DNA of 63,027 nucleotides, the filler included, from Octopus bimaculoides (lineage: Eukaryota): the NCBI RefSeq assembly GCF_001194135.2. It is 4 parts of 4 records of this genome, joined end to end, with 100 filler letters (N's around TTAATTAATTAA, not from the genome) between each part and the next. Parts side by side here need not be neighbours in the genome. Positions count along the whole stretch, not along the records: positions 33,707 to 58,198 come from NC_068986.1; positions 58,299 to 63,027 come from NC_069006.1; 2 more parts are not named here. One strand, 5' to 3'. The notes beneath the pieces were generated by a model. The model made no database searches, was not told the origin of the DNA, and saw only the letters and a list, made by a program, of their open reading frames with translations. Position numbers and translations under genes: made by a program. Positions 50,302-62,937 of this stretch are shown one piece after another (position 1 is the stretch's first letter; each line of letters starts with the position of its first letter).

Positions 50302-50513
50302 CTTTTCTATTCTAGGCACAAGGCCCGAAATTTTAGGGGAGGGGACCACTCGATTAAATCGACTCCAGTACACAACTGGTACTTAATTTATCGACCCCGA
50401 AAGAATGAAAGGCAAAGTCGACCTCGGCGGAATTTGAACCCAGAACATAAAGACAGAGGAAATACTGCTAAGCATTTCGCCCGGCGTGCTAACGATTCTG
50501 CCAGCTCGCCGCC
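50302..50513 (-). mobile_element. Full-length tRNA-derived SINE family 1 with an 18-bp target-site duplication
   Basis: TTGTACTGTCTAAATATT occurs at 50284-50301 and 50514-50531. Confidence 0.95.
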
Positions 50514-50569
50514 TTGTACTGTCTAAATATTAGAATGACATATTGAATATTGTAGCCCTGTATACATGA

Positions 50570-50925
50570 TCTTTTACTTGTTTCGTTCATTAGACTGCGG
50601 CCACGCTGGGGCACATCTACCGGTCACTTTTGCTAGTAAATACACTAGCACCGATTGTCAAGCGGTGGTGGCGGACAGACACAGACACAAAGACACAAAT
50701 ACGCTCGCCTGCCCGTTCACCCACTCGCGCGCACACAATCTCACACACACACACACACACGCACAAATGTATGCGATAGGTTCCTTTCAGTTTTCGTCTA
50801 CCAAATCCACTCACAAGGCTTTGGGTCAGCTCGAGGCTGTAGCAGAAGACATTTGCCAAAGGTGCCACGTCGTGGGACTGAACCCGGAACCATGTAGTTG
50901 GGAAGCAAACATTTCACCACACAGC
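50570..50925 (-). mobile_element. Near full-length SINE family 2 (tRNA head, internal (TG)n, 3' body)
   Basis: The minus strand reads GCTGTGTGGTGAAATG...GGTTCCGGGTTCAGTCCCAC...(TG)n...CAGTCTAATGAACGAAACAAGTAAAAGA. Confidence 0.88.
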
Positions 50926-51350
50926 TGTTGAGATCTGAGGTAAAAAAAAACATAGGATTGTCACGGCTGGACGCTTTGATCATAATTCTGCTCGATGAAC
51001 AACATGTAAACGGGGTTTAGGATCATCGTCTACACTGCGTTGTTCATCGCTCATGTGTTGTCTAGGTCAGTCCTGATTGAGTGCAGAAGTTGGTTCAGAC
51101 GACTGCAACAACACTAGCAGCAGAAGCAACAACAATTGCAACAATAACAATAGCAATTGATTCTTGTACAGGCGCAAGTGTTGACAATCGGTATAATAAC
51201 TTTGTCCCAGTAGTTGAATGATAATTTCTTCTATTGACCACACAAAAATGTTCATTCCAGCAGGATTTGAACTCGGAACAAAACAAATACCACGAGGAAT
51301 TTTTTTTTTGTCCGAACTTTATATGATTCCGCAGAAACATTGTTCTAAAC

Positions 51351-52205
51351 AACGACAGTAACATACAATGACCGTAAGATACAATGACTGTAAGATACAA
51401 TGAACGTAACATACAATGATCGTAACATACAGTGACCGTAACATACAACGACTGTAACATACAATGACCGTAACGTACAATGACAGTAACATACAATGAC
51501 CGTAACATACAATGACCGTAACATACAATGACTGGAACATACAATGACCGTAACATACAATGACCGTAACATACAACGACAGTAACATACAACGACAGTA
51601 ACATACAATGACCGTAACATACAATGACCATAACATACAATGACTGTAACATACATTGACCGTAACATACAACGACCGTAACATACAACGACAGTAACAT
51701 ACAATGACCGTAACATACAATGACAGTAACATACATTGACCGTAACATACAACGACCGTAACATACAACGACAGTAACATACAATGACCGTAACATACAA
51801 TGACCACAACATACAACGACAGTAACATACAATGACCGTAACATACAATGACAGTAACATACAACGACAATAACATACAATGACCGTAACATNNNNNNNN
51901 NNNNNNNNNNNNNNNNNNNNNNNNNNNNNNNNNNNNNNNNNNNNNNNNNNNNNNNNNNNNNNNNNNNNNNNNNNNNNTAACATACATTGACCGTAACATA
52001 CAACGACAGTAACATACAATGACCGTAACATACATTGACCGTAACATACAACGACAGTAACATACAATGACCGTAACATACAATGACCGTAACATACAAC
52101 GACAGTAACATACAATGACCGTAACATACATTGACCGTAACATACAACGACCGTAACATACAACGACAGTAACATACAATGACCGTAACATACAACGATC
52201 ATAAC
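51351..52205. repeat. 16-bp minisatellite (ACATACAATGACCGTA)n, about 50 units including a gap
   Basis: The translations show a 16-aa (48-nt) period. Units are contiguous with no spacers. Confidence 0.97.
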
Positions 52206-52434
52206 AAATGTTTCTAATTTAGCCCCAGGGTCAGCATGTTTTAGTTGAACAGGTATAACTCGATTACATAGAATCCAGTGCTTGAGTGGCATTTTGTTTT
52301 ATCGATCTCGAAAAAATGAAGAGCAAGGTTAATATTGGCAGGATTCGAACACAGAAACTAAAGAACCAGAAATCTTTCCCGACATTCTAATGTATCCGCG
52401 AACATACTGCTCTGAACGTCAGCAGCATTAATCC

Positions 52435-52562
52435 ATTCTACTATAAGCACAAGGCCTGAAATTTTGAGGGAGGTGCCCAGTTGATTATATCGACCCCAGT
52501 ACGCAACTGGTACTTAATTTATCGATCCCGAAAGGATGAAAGGCAAAGTCGACCTCGGCGGA
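52435..52562 (-). mobile_element. SINE family 1, 5'-truncated
   Basis: Matches the 3' 130 nt of the 50302 copy. Confidence 0.9.
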
Positions 52563-53878
52563 GTCAGTAGCAATAATAACAACACTAAAAGCAATGATTT
52601 ACTTTCACGAAAAATGGTGACATGTCTGACACGTGACTAAAAAGGAAAGAATTCTCATCGATGTCACGGTATTTCAGGTTCAATATTACCTTGGCATAAA
52701 TTTATAAAAAGAACACGAATTACCGAAGAGATAAACTAATAAGCTAACAAACTAACAAAAGATATAAACAACCAGGTCTACAACCTTGGCATCCGTCCTT
52801 TGTCAAACTCCCGTTTAAATGTCTTACGTTACTCCAATTAATTTTGGTAGATTTATATCGCTTGTTGCACTCATGCACCTCGTACATATCTACACACACA
52901 CACACACACATATGCATACATGTATGGATATATATATATATATGTGCGTGCGTATGTGTGTATGTGTGTGTATGGATAAACATATACACATGTGTATATA
53001 TAAACATAAAAATTGTACATATATACACACATACACATCACTCATTGACTGTCCTTATTTTTTCAATCAATTTCAGTAGATTTATATCCACCGTTACAAA
53101 CACACACCTACCCCCAGCTCTCTCTCTCTCTCNNNNNNNNNNNNNNNNNNNNNNNNNNNNNNNNNNNNNNNNNNNNNNNNNNNNNNNNNNNNNNNNNNNN
53201 NNNNNNNNNNNNNNNNNNNNNNNNNNNNNNNNNNNNNNNNNNNNNNNNNNNNNNNNNNNNNNNNNNNNNNNNNNNNNNNNNNNNNNNNNNNNNNNNNNNN
53301 NNNNNNNNNNNNNNNNNNNNNNNNNNNNNNNNNNNNNNNNNNNNNNNNNNNNNNNNNNNNNNNNNNNNNNNNNNNNNNNNNNNNNNNNNNNNNNNNNNNN
53401 NNNNNNNNNNNNNNNNNNNNNNNNNNNNNNNNNNNNNNNNNNNNNNNNNNNNNNNNNNNNNNNNNNNNNNNNNNNNNNNNNNNNNNNNNNNNNNNNNNNN
53501 NNNNNNNNNNNNNNNNNNNNNNNNNNNNNNNNNNNNNNNNNNNNNNNNNNNNNNNNNNNNNNNNNNNNNNNNNNNNNNNNNNNNNNNNNNNNNNNNNNNN
53601 NNNNNNNNNNNNNNNNNNNNNNNNNNNNNNNNNNNNNNNNNNNNNNNNNNNNNNNNNNNNNNNNNNNNNNNNNNNNNNNNNNNNNNNNNNNNNNNNNNNN
53701 NNNNNNNNNNNNNNNCACACTTATATATAGCGTATCTTTCGCAAAGGGCAGCATTATATCATGTTTCATTTTCAAAAATCTGACAGTCATAAATATTTGA
53801 AGGCAAACTCACACACCTACGCAAACGTATATGTATATATGTGCATATGTGTGTGAGTGTGTGTGTCGATGTGTTTAT

Positions 53879-53915
<37 letters not shown>

Positions 53916-54063
53916 TGTGCATATGTATCTATTCATACATATAGTACCTATGTATATATATATAAAGCTGAATACATACATATACACCTACACACACATA
54001 CACGTACATATAAATGTACATAGATATGAGTGTGCATGTGTGTTTGAGTGAATGTGTGAGTGT

Positions 54064-54103
<40 letters not shown>

Positions 54104-54218
54104 ATGAATATTTACGAGTGTTAGGTTTTTGAAAATCAAACATGATAAAATGATGCTCTTTTCGAAGAACACAGCATATGTATATGTGTGCTTATATATA
54201 TATGTACTTATGTATATG

Positions 54219-54274
<56 letters not shown>

Positions 54275-54475
54275 NNNNNNNNNNCGATTACTAGAATGAA
54301 TCTAGATTTCGTTCATCAGCACAATATTGTCCCAAATATATATATAAATAAACAGAATTCTCACCTCACCAAAAACGAACAACTACGTATCCGACAGGGT
54401 AAAGGGAATGAAGTTTATCTGTATATATCTTCATCAAAGAAGCGGGAAATACTTCCGGGTTGTTTTTGAGTACCC

Positions 54476-54542
<67 letters not shown>

Positions 54543-55100
54543 GCTAGCTAGCTAGCTAGCTATCGATCTGTCTGCCTGTCTGTCTGTATTTATATGTACA
54601 CACACATAAATATATGAATTATTTAAATATGAATTTAAAAAATTAAACACTGTAAGTTATCTAAAAAGGAATCAAAAGAAATCAAAACAGATGTGATGGA
54701 TGATGTTAAGGAGATAAAAAAAAATGCTTTCGTCCATCATCGGCTCTTCAGACACGTAGCATAAGCCAATTTTTTCTACGTACCGCGTCGGAGTATCTAC
54801 ATAAACAACAAATTAAGCATCCAACTGTTAGGAATGTACGATAAACAGAATATTTAGACGTCTGTGCCAATGGAAAATTCAAAATACATTCTTTTTTCGA
54901 AATATAGAAAGAAAATGAAGAATTATGCAAAGCCAAAAGGCAATATTTATAAAGATCTTCAATCCGAAACTAAACCGGAAATACAACTGCTACCGAAAAT
55001 AATATAGCACTAATGATAAGAAGCATGAACATTCTTGTTTATACCACGCGTGTAGACTATTGAAAGTGCTTACATAAAAAGCTTCATCATAACTGAATAA

Positions 55101-55316
55101 CATTCTTTTCTATTCTAGGTACAAGGCCCGACGTTTTGGGGGAGGGGGCCAGTCGATTAGATCGACCCTAGTACGCAACTGGTACTTAATTTATCGACCC
55201 TGAAAGGATGAAATGCAAAGTCGACCCCGGTGGAATTTGAACTCAGGATGTAAAGACAGACGAAATACCGCGAAGCATTTCGCCCAGCGTGCTAACGTTT
55301 CTGCCAGCTCGCCACC
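55101..55316 (-). mobile_element. Full-length SINE family 1 with an imperfect 12-bp TSD
   Basis: TCATAACTGAAT 55087-55098 versus TCATAACTTAAT 55318-55329. Confidence 0.92.
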
Positions 55317-56149
55317 TTCATAACTTAATGATATCATATAGGGAAGTGTGCAGACAAAATAGGTGGAAAATAAAATAAAAGCGACAGTTATGTAGTTTGA
55401 TGAGTGAAGTGAGTTTGTGAAGGAGAGAAGTATTTCTGTGTTCATCTGTGGTGTTTGACCTTGGAAATCAAAACTAGAACAGAGGGTGAGTGATAAATTG
55501 TAAAATTGTAAATTGCACGGTCGAATGTTCATGTTCGCTTAGACTACACACGTTTTGACGAAGTTTCAAGATCATAAAAATTGCCGAAGATCTGCTTTCA
55601 AACTAATATTCTCTAGTCTACATGAAAGACGTTGTAACTACAACAAGTTATCTATGAACATTTATTAATATAAGAACAGTAAATAAAATAATAAAGAAAT
55701 ATTATAAGATTTTGATTGCCGGCAATTACAAGATTTTTACGTAATGAAAATTCATTTACTAATATCGAAGACCAATCTTTCAAGAATATTTGGCCGGTGG
55801 TTGGAAGTCTTATAGATTCTATTATTTTTATATCAGTTTCAGAAGCTGCGGCTATAATGTGGCACCACCGTTAGCATTAATGCTTGTTATTTTTAACTCA
55901 CTTCCCGGTCTTGTCACTGGAATCTCTCCTAAGTTGGACAAAGCTGCTCCTCATTGCGTTCCTTGCCGTGTTGTGAGTTCATTTGATAAATCAGATAAAA
56001 ATTTATAGAACTGTTCTTTGAAAACATCCACAGCTACACCTCATAGATCTCCAAGGATTTTTGGCAATATATTGAAAAGTTGCGGGCCCTTGAACCCCAA
56101 GCTGCTACGATATTGGGTTCTTTCTGTGGCAGGATATGACAGGTAATAA

Positions 56150-56270
56150 TAATTATTTCTACAATAGGCATAAGGCCACAAAATTTGGTGGAGGGGCAAG
56201 TCGATTAAATCGATTCTAGCGCTCGATTGATACTTACTTTATCGATCCCTGAAGGATAAAAGGATATGAA
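56150..56270 (-). mobile_element. Degenerate SINE family 1, 3' part
   Basis: GGCATAAGGCCACAAAATTTGGTGGAGGGGCAAGTCGATT...TTTATCGATCCCTGAAGGAT. Confidence 0.7.
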
Positions 56271-56956
56271 ATAATCTTTCATAGGATATATCACCGATAA
56301 AATCGACTGGTTTCAAAATTTAGAGTAACATCTCAATGTTTATCTTACAAAGATTACTATCCACAGTGACTTTTAAGCTTAAATCCTTGAAGAATATGAT
56401 ACGACCTTTTCCAAACAGATTAATCGATATATCAATTCTTCTATTACTTTATCGACAATAGAAAAAAATGAATAAAAAAAGAAACAAAGTCAAACTTGGC
56501 AAACTTTGGACGCAGGACATAACGAACAATCCCCCACCCATCAGCTTTAAATATACTTCAGCCGCTCACTGACGAGTGCACACGTTTACGAAATCGGAGA
56601 GCTCACACTCACGGTTCCAGAAATAATGTTTATATGGGTGTGAATATTTTAGGTATTAATTGCACACTTATTGAATAATGTCCTGTATATGTATCAAATT
56701 TATCTATCTATCTATCTATCTATCTATACACACATATACATACACGAATATATTTATATGCAAATATATGAATGTGTATGTGTGTGTATGTGTGCATGTA
56801 TGTGCGTATGTATTTTTATCAGTGTTCATTTCCATTCAGTTAACGCTATATTACTATGCCCTAAATTTTCCTTGTATACACATACTTTCTCTGTCTCTCC
56901 ATTCCTTTATCACCTTCTCTCCTTCTCTCTCTCTCTCTACATACACACATACATAG

Positions 56957-56996
<40 letters not shown>

Positions 56997-57666
56997 ATGA
57001 GTGTGTGCATCTCTGTGCTTACGTAGCGGCGTGTCAACCACTTCATTCCCTGTAGTTAAGAACTATGTAAACACCACGAATATCAACAATAAGAACAAGA
57101 TTCAATAATGCAAAAATGATGTAATTTCTTCTCCAGCCGCTAATCTGTGTTATGATTTTGCTAACATCTAAAAAAAAAAAAAGAGAGAAATAATTTAAAT
57201 ACGTCTTGTTTGACAAGATTAAATATGTCCCATACAAAAACGCTGTTTCTAAAAACAAAATGGAGTCATTCTTGATCAATAATTACGGCTCGAGTGTTCC
57301 ATATATAAATACGAAACCATAGAGTTTTAGCGCTTTAGAGAACGTGCGACGCTTATGTCTTCTTTTACTATTCTTTTCTATTTTGTTGTTGTTGTTGTTG
57401 TTGCTTTTGTTTGTTTGTTTGTTTTGCAAGGAAGTTGTCGACGGAAGCTTACTTAAATGGTTTCAGGAATTTTGAACGTATTGAATATATACAACATTGA
57501 CTCACAGTTTCGGTACGTCGATAAAAACAACCTCTACTCCATTTCGTGTTTTATAATAACCCCACCTAACACTACCTTTACTGCCTCTATTACCTCTGTA
57601 ATGACAAAGCCAATATAAGCACCACCACCACCACCACCACAACCACCACTACTAACACCACCACCA

Positions 57667-57706
<40 letters not shown>

Positions 57707-57769
57707 CAGCGAGACTAAGTGGTGCAATAGAATGAACAGCCGTTGGTAAAATTGAAGAATAAACTAAGA

Positions 57770-57863
57770 CCTCGATAGAATTGAACTCGGAACCTAAAGA
57801 GTGGGAAGAAATGTTGCTAAGCATTTTGTCCGGCTTGCTTAATATTCTACCTGCTCGCTGCCC
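57770..57863 (-). mobile_element. Degenerate SINE family 1 head
   Basis: GAATTGAACTCGGAAC...GCTAAGCATTTTGTCCGGC...CTGCTCGCTGCC. Confidence 0.65.
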
Positions 57864-58109
57864 TTTTCACCCCCGGGTAGGTTGAGCTGACTCCAGCCAT
57901 GAGTTTATAATCGGAGTTTCAGTGGAAATAACAGGTCACAAGTAGTTCCCGGTCACATACCTACGTACTTTGCGATTCTGTGATCCGTAGCAGCTCATCT
58001 TGACGTCGGTTGTCGACCGTCGCAGAAGATTCCCCAACCAAGTCACCGCCGATTAGGAGAGCTGTCAGAGCCTGCTGCTGCTGCTGCTACTGCTACTACT
58101 ACTACTTCT

Positions 58110-58145
<36 letters not shown>

Positions 58146-58242
58146 CTTTTCATTAGAACTTATCTGACAGCCTAATTACCATTCAACATAGTTTCACCNN
58201 NNNNNNNNNNNNNNNNNNNNNNNNNNNNNNNNNNNNNNNNNN

Positions 58243-58254
58243 TTAATTAATTAA
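58243..58254. other. Assembly linker TTAATTAATTAA
   Basis: Embedded in an N gap. Confidence 0.9.
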
Positions 58255-58298
58255 NNNNNNNNNNNNNNNNNNNNNNNNNNNNNNNNNNNNNNNNNNNN

Positions 58299-58345
<47 letters not shown>

Positions 58346-59200
58346 GTGTCTGCATGCATGTGTGTTGGTGTTGTACATATGAATGTACATTCACAAGTAT
58401 ATACGATATATACACAAGTATATATCCGTGTGTGTCTGTTGGAGGATGTTGTACGTATACATTCACAAAACAACAATGGGGGAAAAAAACAAGCAAACAT
58501 AGAAAAAAAACACGCATGAAAGCTCATCACCTCTGGGGTTTCCTTATGATTAACTGCTTTCCACAGCAATAATAATAAAGAAAGCAAGCAACAAGCAACG
58601 ATCGTGTTACGTCTCTGTATACTTTACATATGGTCATTGCAGGTTTAACTTGGTTGCGTTATATACTGGTACATTCTGATTGTTTGTTTGGGGTTGTATT
58701 TTCTTTAGTTTTGATATACTTATATTTCTTACATAAAATTGTTTGTGCTCTGCCTTGTCTTGTTTTGCATATATTTCAATTTTTTTTTATGCTGTTTCAT
58801 TATTTTCTATTTTTTCCTTTAAGTTCTTTCTTTCTATTGTTCGGTCTTACGGTCTACAGTTACTGTGATGAAGACATGATAGATATGTTGTATGTTTGCA
58901 TAGATGCATAGTGCTATATATATATAATAAATAAATAAATAAATATATATANNNNNNNNNNNNNNNNNNNNNNNNNNNNNNNNNNNNNNNNNNNNNNNNN
59001 NNNNNNNNNNNNNNNNNNNNNNNNNNNNNNNNNNNNNNNNNNNNNNNNNNNNNNNNNNNNNNNNNNNNNNNNNNNNNNNNNNNNNNNNNNNNNNNNNNNN
59101 NNNNNNNNNNNNNNNNNNNNNNNNNNNNNNNNNNNNNNNNNNNNNNNNNNNNNNNNNNNNNNNNNNNNNNNNNNNNNNNNNNNNNNNNNNNNNNNNNNNN

Positions 59201-59240
<40 letters not shown>

Positions 59241-59698
59241 CATACATACATACATACATACATACATACATAAAATAGAGCTGTGTGGGTGTATTCACTT
59301 TTCACACAAAAACGGCTCCGCGAATTGGTTTCATGCTTGGGATGCATGTATAATTTGACCTCGGATACATAGTAGGGTCTCCGTTTCTTTTTTATTAAAA
59401 ATATTTAAATAATATCACTTTATATAAGATTAACTTCTTTAAAAAAAAAAGGTTTTTCGATGTCAACTTCCGGTACTGACGTAGCAACCGCAGCTAGCTA
59501 AACACACACACACATGTATGTCTGACATAGCAACTGTGACTATCTATCTAGCTAGCTATGTGTGTGTTCGCTTTTCCTCGCGAAAATGGCTGCACGAACT
59601 AGTACTCTATTTGGAAGGCACGTTCTCTATCTAACTTCTCACTGTACTTCCTCTCTCACTCCATCATCTGTCAACCATTCTGTGTAGCGTTTACCGTT

Positions 59699-59940
59699 GT
59701 ACCAAAAAGATTATTACGGCTACTTTCATTGTTTACAATCTTCTGTACTTGTGTATTTGTGTACACCAACACACAAACAAAATGTTAGAAAGGCTGCAGC
59801 GTCAAACAAAAACGCTGCACCGGTGTATTTGTGTATCATTATATAACCATGTTGTAACGATTTTGGGTACCAAAAAAACTATTAAAGCTACTTTCATTGT
59901 TTACAATCTTCTCTACCGGTGTATTTGTATATCAGTACAT
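59699..59940. repeat. Direct repeat of about 65 bp with a 168-bp period
   Basis: GTACCAAAAA...GCTACTTTCATTGTTTACAATCTTCT...GTGTATTTGT at 59699 and 59867. Confidence 0.8.
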
Positions 59941-60851
59941 AACCATGGGTAAATATTTCATAAATATTTCGTAAAGGACCCGTTTGTACCTCGGTGTGAA
60001 ATTGTTTTTTACCACATTTTTTTTCAAGTGCATTCAACGTATCTGACCTCTAAACCCGGCGCAAGCCACTTTTTTCCGGAAAAGAAAGGGTAGAAAGGTG
60101 AAGAAATTATTTCAAATCGAAATATCGCCAGGTCCTTTATCGCAAATAGCTGTTACGTGGTATCAGGGCGTGCTAGAAATAGCAGCCAAATGTTTCCTTT
60201 TCTGGGGAAAGTAGCCGTTGACGCGTGATTTCGATGTCACATTCGTTGAAAGTATGCGAAATAACCTGGGGAAAAAAAGAAACAAAAACCCGTGAAACAA
60301 AACTCCGTTGGTGGGGAAACTCCACGCCCACCCCCTCTCCCTTTCTTTTCCAGAAAAAAGTGGCTTGCAGCGAGTTTNNNNNNNNNNNNNNNNNNNNNNN
60401 NNNNNNNNNNNNNNNNNNNNNNNNNNNNNNNNNNNNNNNNNNNNNNNNNNNNNNNNNNNNNNNNNNNNNNNNNNNNNNNNNNNNNNNNNNNNNNNNNNNN
60501 NNNNNNNNNNNNNNNNNNNNNNNNNNNNNNNNNNNNNNNNNNNNNNNNNNNNNNNNNNNNNNNNNNNNNNNNNNNNNNNNNNNNNNNNNNNNNNNNNNNN
60601 NNNNNNNNNNNNNNNNNNNNNNNNNNNNNNNNNNNNNNNNNNNNNNNNNNNNNNNNNNNNNNNNNNNNNNNNNNNNNNNNNNNNNNNNNNNNNNNNNNNN
60701 NNNNNNNNNNNNNNNNNNNNNNNNNNNNNNNNNNNNNNNNNNNNNNNNNNNNNNNNNNNNNNNNNNNNNNNNNNNNNNNNNNNNNNNNNNNNNNNNNNNN
60801 NNNNNNNNTATATTTATATATCAATATGTATGTATATATATATATATAATT

Positions 60852-61191
60852 ATCACAAAATTACTTCCCAATGTCATTGAAGCAACGATTATGACCGTCG
60901 GTGGTAAAGGTCAAGACGTCTTCATACCGCGAATTCCCCTTCTGCCTTCGGCTGCTGACCTACCGTTCACATTTCGCAGAGTGCCAGTTTCCGATTAGAC
61001 TCAGTTACGCCATGTCCATTAATAAATCCCAGGGGCAGTCGCTGTCTGTCGTTGGACTTTACTTAGCCGAACCATGCTTTTCACACGGTCAACTGTACGT
61101 TGGCTGCTCAAGAATGGGTTGTAGGAACATTTTACATGCCTTCATAACCCAGGGGGAAACTAAAAATGTTGTTTATAAGGAAGTTTTGTAG
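60852..61191 (+). pseudogene. Helitron PIF1-like helicase C-terminus, one frameshift near 60983
   Basis: Translates as ITKLLPNVIEATIMT..GKGQDVFIPRIPLLPS..DLPFTFRR / QFPIRLSYAMSINKSQGQSLSVVGLYLAEPCFSHGQLYVGCSR...TKNVVYKEVL*. Confidence 0.95.
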
Positions 61192-61437
61192 ACTTGCCGT
61201 ACTGGCGCCATATTTCGGTCCTACGTTATTGCTATTATAATTTTTGTTGCTTTACTTTTTCACTTAATTGTTGTAATATTACACGTGCGATTCCCTTTAA
61301 AAGTTACTTAGGTGCTAGTCTTGCCATAAAGCGTGAAAGGTGTTTAAGGGAGAGGGTGTTAATCGCTTTATTAGTTTCAAAGCCTTTTCGAACTAACGAA
61401 CCCGAGGAACGCCGGGTACGCCGGGTACGCCTGCTAG
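60852..61437 (+). mobile_element. Helitron 3' end with a subterminal hairpin and CTAG terminus
   Basis: CCCG-AGGAACGC-CGGG hairpin at 61401-61416; CTAG at 61434-61437 followed by T. Confidence 0.85.
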
Positions 61438-61562
61438 TATATATGTAAAATTGTAGCCAGTCATTACTGTAAGAAATATGAGTTGGAGGCCAACAGCCTG
61501 TATGGCGGGGAAAGTTTCGCTGTCCACGAATTATAAATATATATTGATGAATAAGGAGAAAT

Positions 61563-61755
61563 CGTGGACTTTACTTAGCCGAACTATACTTTTCACACGG
61601 TCAACTGTACGTTGGCTGCTCAAGAGTGGGTTGTAGGAACAGTTTACATGCCTTCATCCCCCAGGGGAAAACTCAAAATGTTGTCTATAGGGACGTTTTG
61701 TAGACTTGCCGAACTGGCGCCATATTTCAGTCCTACGTTATTGCTATTATAAATT
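61563..61755 (+). mobile_element. Second partial Helitron copy
   Basis: Duplicates about 61052-61245 with substitutions. Confidence 0.9.
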
Positions 61756-61819
61756 TTGCTGTCAGTTTGTTACCACTGTTGGCTCTATATCTGGTGGATT
61801 AATAAGATCGAAGGTTCCA

Positions 61820-61895
61820 TTGAAATTATGCAGCAGAAACTTATTCCAGTGACGACACTTACTTATTAACTCGTTCCTTCTCGCTAAATAACTGC
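61820..61895 (-). pseudogene. Penelope-like ORF extreme C-terminus
   Basis: Translates as LARRNELISKCRHWNKFLLHNF (the LN.R.EL.SKCRH.NKFLL motif). Confidence 0.75.
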
Positions 61896-62375
61896 AAAGT
61901 ATTTGTGTATACCAACATTGTGTATACCAATATTCAAGCACAATCACACAAACATATACATACATAAATATATACATACACATATATATGTGTATATGTA
62001 TAATTTAACGTACAGTATTCAAAACAAGCGCTACTAATAGTTTCTTGTCTTTAAATGCACGTGGTTAGGTAGGTTTGTACAACATGACATATATCTCCAA
62101 GCAATCTACAAGCTCTGAGCACATAGTTTGTTTGATTCAAAAACCAAAATACTGGTCCACATGTATGTATAAATAGGGGGGGCTGAGTGTGTGCGTGTGT
62201 ATATAAATATACGCATATAAATAAATATATATATATATATACGTATATATATATATATATGTATAATGATAATAATATTAGGGATAAAAATCCAAATTTA
62301 CAGGTAAAAACCTCAATTAATTTCAATTTATCAAAACTTAAAATTAAACTAAGTTTGACAGTATATAATATATAA

Positions 62376-62504
62376 ATATATAATTTAGAGAAAAGAACCA
62401 AAGTTGATGAATTCATCCATGAAAATCCAGAGTCCTATATAGAAAAATTAATAAGTAAAAACACGATAAATAAGTATAATATAATACAAAGTAAAAATCA
62501 TAAA

Positions 62505-62558
<54 letters not shown>

Positions 62559-62684
62559 TATTATTTTATGATTTTTACTTTGTATTATATTATACTTATT
62601 TATCGTGTATTTACTAATTAATTTTTTCTATATGTGACTGGATTTTCATGGATGAACTTTGGTTCTTTTCTCTAAATTATATAT
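62376..62684. mobile_element. Fold-back or MITE-like element with arms of about 130 bp around an (AAT)n spacer
   Basis: 62376-62510 and 62558-62684 are reverse complements, with a 6-nt indel. The flanks are TA-rich. Confidence 0.85.
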
Positions 62685-62878
62685 ATATCTTAATTAACAC
62701 CTGCGTGACACAAATATCAACAGGAATACCACCAACCCCTAACCTCTCATCGCTCCGTCGAACACTAAATCCTAATTTCAATAATTGCCGGAATCGACAT
62801 GTCAGTTTGTCTGAAAATAACAATGTATACGTTTATATGTATATATATACATACATACATACAAACTTACATTCAAAC

Positions 62879-62937
<59 letters not shown>

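Noticed and set aside
51351-52205. CRISPR-like array or Cys-rich repeat protein
   Set aside because: Contiguous 16-bp units with no unique spacers and no cas genes. The period is not a multiple of 3, so two frames give the same peptide.
5176-55316. tRNA genes
   Set aside because: The A/B-box-like heads run into SINE bodies, have TSDs, and show no cloverleaf or acceptor stem.
11559-58254. TTAATTAATTAA 12-mer recurring three times
   Set aside because: It is always embedded in N runs, so it is a scaffolding linker rather than biology.
60290-60360. GC-box-like CCACGCCCACCCC as a promoter
   Set aside because: A single short motif next to a gap, with no gene to associate it with.
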